Origin: Chloroflexota bacterium
GTDB lineage: Bacteria > Chloroflexota > Dehalococcoidia > UBA2979
Direction of reading: 5' to 3'
DNA length: 64,000 nt
NCBI GenBank assembly: GCA_027593235.1
Contig: JAQCIU010000009.1
Coordinates: forward strand, 32,001-96,000
Part shown: piece after piece, positions 59,240-64,000 of the stretch
How positions within the stretch are numbered: the first letter of the stretch is position 1
How the letters are laid out: the number at the start of each line of letters is the position of its first letter
The notes under the pieces: generated by a model
Databases searched by the model: none
What the model saw: the letters and a program-made list of their open reading frames with translations, nothing else
What the model was told of the DNA's origin: nothing
Position numbers and translations under genes: made by a program

Positions 59240-60169
59240 CTACGCGTTCGCCGGCTTCTCGTCCTCGGCGCCCTTGCCCGTCGCCAGTGGCCGGTCGTGC
59301 GGTGCCGAGGCGTACGCGCCGCGGAAGTCGCGGAACGGCCCGTCGCGCCATTCGAGCGCTGCCTTCAGCCCCTGCTCCCGCGAAATCCGGCCAAACTCAC
59401 CCGCCGCCGGGCGGTGCTTGCTCATCGCCTCGACATCCGTCCCGGACATCAGCCCGGTGCGGATCCCCATGATCTCGTACTGCCGGTTCACCGCCCGCTT
59501 GTTGTAGGCCAGCAGGTCGTTGTCGATGTGACCCAGCCGCTCCGCGAACCGCTCCGTGAACTCCTCGAGCTGGTCGCCGGGCACCGCGTAGGTCGCCCAG
59601 CCCATCCACTCCATGTCTTTCCCGGAGAACGCGTCGCCCGTGTACGCGAACAACCGCGCCTTCGCCGGCGGCAGGAACCACGGCGCCCACATCATGTCCA
59701 TCGTCCCCATCGCCCGCACCGGCGGGTACCCCACCTGCGCGTCCTCGGCCACGATCCGGAAGTCGCAGATCGAAGCCAGCTCCGTACCGCCCGCCAGGCA
59801 GTAGCCGTGGATCTGCGCGATCACCGGCTTCGACAACTCCCAGATCATCCAGTTCGCCAGGATCGTGTGGCGTGACCAGTCGTAGTGGTTCGGGTGCGTC
59901 GAGCCCGTGTCCGGCATCAGCGAATGCGGCTCCACGTACTTGCTCGGCTGCGGGTTCGGAGTCAGGTCGTAACCCGCGCTGAACGCCCGTCCCGCCGCCT
60001 TCAGGATGATCACGCCCACCTCGCGGTTGGCCTCCGCCTCCCGCATCGCGTGAAACACCTCGGCCCGCAACTCGTGCGAAAGCGCGTTCAGCTTCTCCGG
60101 TCGATCGAGCGTGATCCGGGCGATCCGGCCCTCGGTCTCGTATTGAATGAAGTCATAGTCGGGCGCCAT
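59240..60169 (-). CDS. Enoyl-CoA hydratase/isomerase family protein
   Basis: RPEKLNAL, FSAGYD and HGYCLAGGTELA motifs. Confidence 0.92.
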   Translation of the reverse strand: MAPDYDFIQYETEGRIARITLDRPEKLNALSHELRAEVFHAMREAEANREVGVIILKAAGRAFSAGYDLTPNPQPSKYVEPHSLMPDTGSTHPNHYDWSRHTILANWMIWELSKPVIAQIHGYCLAGGTELASICDFRIVAEDAQVGYPPVRAMGTMDMMWAPWFLPPAKARLFAYTGDAFSGKDMEWMGWATYAVPGDQLEEFTERFAERLGHIDNDLLAYNKRAVNRQYEIMGIRTGLMSGTDVEAMSKHRPAAGEFGRISREQGLKAALEWRDGPFRDFRGAYASAPHDRPLATGKGAEDEKPANA

Positions 60170-60354
60170 CGTCTGTCCTCTCGCGCGAACCATCTCGCTG
60201 CGGCGCCAGCATAGCCCCCCGCGCTGGTTCGCGCGGAGCGCGGTCCCGCAGTGGCTCGGCACCCGCAGTCCAACCGCTGCGGCAACCCGATTCTCGCTCG
60301 CCACGGGTCATCTGGGTGCTAGATTCCCCGCAGACAGAGCGATCGGAGCAACAC

Positions 60355-61527
60355 ATGGGCTGGTCAACGACACAACGCTTCGGGCTCACCCACCATCGGC
60401 CCCAGCTCAGCTACAAGGGCTACACCCTCGTCATCCCGCTCTCCGGCGACTCCGTCTTCCTGATTGACATGGACGGACGCTTCGTCCACCGCTGGCTGTT
60501 CAAGGGCTTCTCGCCGATGAAGGCGGAGCTGCTGGAAGACGGCCACCTCCTCGTCATGGGCATCGAACACGCCCTCCGCCCCACCACCCCACCGCCAGAG
60601 GTCGGCGCACCCGCCGAGCCCTTCGAGACGCGGATCCGCCGCCTCGGTGCCAACTGCTCGCTCCTCCTCGAGGTCGGCTGGGACGGCGTCGAGCTCTGGC
60701 GCCACGCCGATATCGCCATGCACCACGACTTCAAGCGCCTCCCCAACGGCAACACCGTCTTCCCCGTCTGGGTCGAAATCCCCGAGGACCTCACCCGCCA
60801 GGTCAAGGGCGGCACCAAACTCCCGAAGGAGAAGCTCCCCGCCAGCCTCCTCGGCGACGACATAGTCGAGATCGATGCTGCCGGCAAGGAGCTCCGGCGA
60901 ATCGAAACCTGGCGACACTACGACCCCCGCAAGGACCCGATCTGCCCGCTCGAAGGCCGCATCGAATGGACGCACGTCAATGCCGTCGACGTGAACGCCG
61001 AGGGCGAAACGGTCATCTCCTGCCGCAACAACAGCCGTGTCTCCGTCTTCTCACCGACTGGCGAGCTGACCTGGAACTACGGCGCGCCCGACACCGCGCA
61101 CCAGCACCACGCCACCTTTGTCGCTGACGGCCGCGTCCTGATCTTCGACAACGGCGCACACCGCGTCCGCGGCGGCCCCACCTCGAAAGTCATCGAGGTG
61201 GACCGCGCAACCAACGAGGTCGTCTGGAGCTACCAGGGCACGCCCGCCGAGCAGTTCTTCAGCGGCCACATCTCCGGCGCCACCCGCCTCCCCAACCACA
61301 ACACCCTGGTCTGCGAAGGCACCTCCGGCCGCCTCTTCGAGGTCACCCGCGCTGGCGAGGTCGTCTGGGAATGGTGGAACCCTGTCTACAACCCGCGGCC
61401 CAACGGCGAATCGATGGGCTGGCTCTTCCGCGCCTACCGCTACGCCCCCGACTACTCCGGCCTCGCTGGCCGCGATCTCGACCCCGCCCGCCTTGCCGAC
61501 CTCAACCGCCTCTACCAGCTCCCCTGA
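60355..61527 (+). CDS. Aryl-sulfate sulfotransferase (ASST-like) beta-propeller protein
   Basis: HHDF.RLPNGN, WTHVN, HQH, FDNG and RLPN.NTL.CEG motifs. Confidence 0.85.
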   Translation: MGWSTTQRFGLTHHRPQLSYKGYTLVIPLSGDSVFLIDMDGRFVHRWLFKGFSPMKAELLEDGHLLVMGIEHALRPTTPPPEVGAPAEPFETRIRRLGANCSLLLEVGWDGVELWRHADIAMHHDFKRLPNGNTVFPVWVEIPEDLTRQVKGGTKLPKEKLPASLLGDDIVEIDAAGKELRRIETWRHYDPRKDPICPLEGRIEWTHVNAVDVNAEGETVISCRNNSRVSVFSPTGELTWNYGAPDTAHQHHATFVADGRVLIFDNGAHRVRGGPTSKVIEVDRATNEVVWSYQGTPAEQFFSGHISGATRLPNHNTLVCEGTSGRLFEVTRAGEVVWEWWNPVYNPRPNGESMGWLFRAYRYAPDYSGLAGRDLDPARLADLNRLYQLP

Positions 61528-61531
61528 CCCA

Positions 61532-61579
61532 CGAGGACCCGGCAACCCCCGAGGACCCGGCGGCCTCCGAGGATCGACC
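61532..61579. repeat. Degenerate 18-bp tandem repeat (about 2.5 copies)
   Basis: CGAGGACCCGGCAACCCC / CGAGGACCCGGCGGCCTC / CGAGGATCGACC. Confidence 0.6.
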
Positions 61580-61594
61580 CGCGTCCCCAACGCA

Positions 61595-61625
61595 CGAGGA
61601 CGGCGCAACTGCCGCGCCGTCCTCG
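61595..61625. terminator. Hairpin between convergent genes
   Basis: CGAGGACGGCGC-AACTGCC-GCGCCGTCCTCG, a perfect 12-bp stem. Confidence 0.6.
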
Positions 61626-61660
61626 CTGGACACCAGCCGCCGGCCATCCGGCCGCGCGAG

Positions 61661-62164
61661 CTAGCGAACCGTCAGCTCGTGGATGAAGAACCCGCGCTCC
61701 TCGTCCGCCGTCTGCGCGCTGTAGTCGATCCACACCTCCGAGGGGTAACCGGCCCCCGCGTACACCGTCCGGATCTCGGCCGCGTCCTGATCGATCGCGT
61801 CCTGGATCAGCGCAAACAACCCCGTCACCGTCTGATACTCCGCGAGCCGATCCGCCGGCAGCACCGCGCCGTCCTCCGTCGCGCCCGCCTCGATCGCCCC
61901 GTCCCGCACCTCGAGGTCAACGCGCACCACGTACTCGACGATGCAGAAGCACTGCCAGTTGAACGTCATGTCGTAGTTGTCGGCCCCGTGCAACGCCCAC
62001 AGCGCGCGCGCCACATCGAGGGCTGCCTGCGGGTCCGTCAGGCTATTCGGATCGGCCATCTCCGTCGGCGTCGCCGACGGCTCATCCGCCTTCGCGGTCG
62101 CGCTGCACCCCACCGCGATCGCCGTTAGCACCACCAGCGAAACCAAGAGCAACCTGCGCATCAT
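61661..62164 (-). CDS. DUF6174-like lipoprotein
   Basis: AVGC lipobox; ARALW....NY.....CFC...V.DG...TV.GLF..I...Y...GYP....ID......DEE pattern. Confidence 0.75.
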   Translation of the reverse strand: MMRRLLLVSLVVLTAIAVGCSATAKADEPSATPTEMADPNSLTDPQAALDVARALWALHGADNYDMTFNWQCFCIVEYVVRVDLEVRDGAIEAGATEDGAVLPADRLAEYQTVTGLFALIQDAIDQDAAEIRTVYAGAGYPSEVWIDYSAQTADEERGFFIHELTVR

Positions 62165-62233
62165 CGCCTCCCTCACCCGCTGCCTGAACAACGAGCGACG
62201 AGGCCAATCGGTTCCCCGAGGTCGCGCCGTGCG

Positions 62234-62785
62234 CTAGCGAGCGCGCGCCGTCCGCAGCGTCGCCGCAACAAACGCCGCCTTCTGGTTGCTGTACTCCTCG
62301 CGATCGAACCGGAACCGCTGCTGCAGCGCCCGCTTCAACGCCGCGTACCCGGCCCGCGCCTCCGCGCTCCGCCGCAGCTCGTCCCGAAAATCGAGGTGGT
62401 CCTGCCACTGCCCCTCGCCCGGAACATAGGCATGCACGTGCACGTCTTCGCGATTGAAGTATTGGCGTCGCGGGATTCCGAACTCGCCTCGTGCCTCAAA
62501 CCCGAGGCCGCTCATCGCCTCGACGATCGCGTACCCCGCCTCGAACGACCGCAGCCCCGGCATCAAATCGATGATCGGCTTCGCCAGCAGGCCCGGTACG
62601 GCCGTGCTGCCAACGTGCTCGACCACCACCACCGCGTCCCCGCACGCCTCGAGGATCCGCGCCGACCAGCTCGCCGCCAGCTCGCGCCACGCCGGATCGT
62701 GCGGCGCCAGGATCACCTCATCGGCACGGTGCGGGGGCGCCCCGCCCGAGGCCGCATCCTCAGAACGTGTACTCGAACTCCTCAT
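62234..62785 (-). CDS. GrpB family protein (start uncertain, possibly GTG 62716)
   Basis: EHVGSTAVPGLLAKPIID, HVH, FRD.LR and Y..LK motifs. Confidence 0.88.
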   Translation of the reverse strand: MRSSSTRSEDAASGGAPPHRADEVILAPHDPAWRELAASWSARILEACGDAVVVVEHVGSTAVPGLLAKPIIDLMPGLRSFEAGYAIVEAMSGLGFEARGEFGIPRRQYFNREDVHVHAYVPGEGQWQDHLDFRDELRRSAEARAGYAALKRALQQRFRFDREEYSNQKAAFVAATLRTARAR

Positions 62786-63071
62786 CGTCCTCGTCGTCTC
62801 CCTCGATCACGTCGCGCTCGTACACGAAGCGCCCGCCCATCGCGGCGATCCCGAGCCCGTCGAGGTGGCTCAACGCGACACTCCGCAGTACCGGTACCGG
62901 GTACGAGGCCAACAGGTTGTCCTCGCCGGGACGCTGACCGTGCCACGCGCACTCTGGCCAACTGCAATCTTCCATGTCCTCGCCCGGGTGCTGGTGCTTC
63001 GCCATCCGGTTGCCCAGGTGCCACTGCCACCAGCGAATCTCGCCGCCATCCCGATCCATCGCCTCGTTCAT
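62760..63071 (-). CDS. Small DCSxPxCAWHG-motif protein with acidic tail, paralog of 53920
   Basis: GGAGG RBS before ATG 63071; RWW..HQ..DCSWPECAWHG..PGEDN; tail EGDDEDDEEFEYTF. Confidence 0.78.
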   Translation of the reverse strand: MNEAMDRDGGEIRWWQWHLGNRMAKHQHPGEDMEDCSWPECAWHGQRPGEDNLLASYPVPVLRSVALSHLDGLGIAAMGGRFVYERDVIEGDDEDDEEFEYTF

Positions 63072-63181
63072 CCCATCGACCTCCCCGTCGAGCCAAGTGC
63101 CACGCAATCCCACGGCGCCCATCGTCGCACCGCGCGCCCGCGCCGACGACCGCGCGACGCCCCACTCTCGAGGTACCCCGC

Positions 63182-63829
63182 CTACAGCACCTCGCGCAGC
63201 AGCTCCGTCAGCGTCCGGTGCGTCGGCGCTCCCGTTGCCACCAGCCGCTCCCGAGGTGCGTGCCCATCCTCCACCAGCACGCAGTCGATCCCCATCGCCG
63301 TCGCCACCTCGAAGTCGTGCTCCGTGTCCCCCACCAGCAACACCCGCTCCCGAGGCGTCTCGATCTTCCCGAGGTGCGCCAGCCCGTGATCCAGCTTCGA
63401 GGCCGCGTGGTGATCGTCGATCCCCACCAGCGCGCTCATCCGCCGCCCGATCTCGAAGTGCGCCGTCACGGTGTTCAACATCCCCTGCTCCGAGGCCGAC
63501 AGCATCGACTGCGTCACCCCGCGGCGGTGCAGCGCCTCCGTCGAGGCGTGCGCATCCTCCCGCAGCCGGTGCTCGCGCCACCGCGCGTCATACTCCGCGA
63601 TGAACTCCACCGAGAGCGCCTCGAACGGCTCCCGATCCAGATCGAACCCCACGCGCTCGTAGTAGCCGCGCACCGGGAAGCCGAAGACCTCCTGGTACCG
63701 CACGCGATCGATCCCGGGCAGCGCACGCCGCCCCAGCATCAGGTTCGCCACCTCGACCACCAGGTCGACGTCGTCGAACAGCGTGCCGTTCCAGTCCCAG
63801 ATCACATGGTCGTAGCGCACGTCAGCCAA
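63182..63829 (-). CDS. HAD family hydrolase (phosphatase)
   Basis: WDWNGTL, LSAS, K and VGDTEHD motifs. Confidence 0.92.
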   Translation of the reverse strand: MADVRYDHVIWDWNGTLFDDVDLVVEVANLMLGRRALPGIDRVRYQEVFGFPVRGYYERVGFDLDREPFEALSVEFIAEYDARWREHRLREDAHASTEALHRRGVTQSMLSASEQGMLNTVTAHFEIGRRMSALVGIDDHHAASKLDHGLAHLGKIETPRERVLLVGDTEHDFEVATAMGIDCVLVEDGHAPRERLVATGAPTHRTLTELLREVL

Positions 63830-63868
63830 TCCCCTCGCACGCCACGACCTGCCTGCGCCAACCGCCCG

Positions 63869-64000
63869 CTATTTCAGCGGCGAGAAGTCCGTCGGCGCCA
63901 TGATCCGGTTCTCGATGTGCGCCACCAGCGCGCCGTTCCGCTCGGACTCCTCGCGCGCCGTCTGCCACGCCGGATCCGATCCGAATGCCCGCCACGCCGC
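63869..64000 (-). CDS. NIPSNAP family protein, C-terminal part
   Basis: AAWRAFGSDPAWQTAREESERNGALVAHIENRIMAPTDFSPLK*. Confidence 0.85.
   Translation of the reverse strand, partial: AAWRAFGSDPAWQTAREESERNGALVAHIENRIMAPTDFSPLK

Noticed and set aside
61532-61625. CRISPR-like array from the CGAGGAC repeats
   Set aside because: Units are short, degenerate and directly tandem with no unique spacers, and there are no cas genes.

Overview
High-GC bacterial window, densely coding, with about 62 genes. The repertoire (family III CoA-transferases, crotonases, SDRs, MaoC dehydratases, LLM oxidoreductase, amidases, Thr/Pro-rich lipoproteins) resembles Dehalococcoidia-type Chloroflexota; that taxonomy is inference only. 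No rRNA, tRNA or CRISPR array was found. Main points: (1) a selenocysteine peroxiredoxin-like gene (W-UGA-PFC plus a SECIS-like hairpin) at the left edge, cut short in the ORF track; (2) two distant small ORFs (53920 and 62760-63071) that share an ungapped 40-aa motif with 20 identities and an H-C-C-H putative metal site, a candidate undescribed family; (3) a nine-repeat Ig-like, probably Ca-binding surface protein broken by one in-frame TAG, close to a BcsA-PilZ/HDOD pair with no bcsB; (4) an intact IS30-family element with a 2-bp target duplication that splits a NUDIX gene; (5) a junction near 12655 where two divergent genes both lack their 5' ends; (6) candidate structured leader RNAs. Several in-frame stops and small indels may be sequence errors and need read-level checks.
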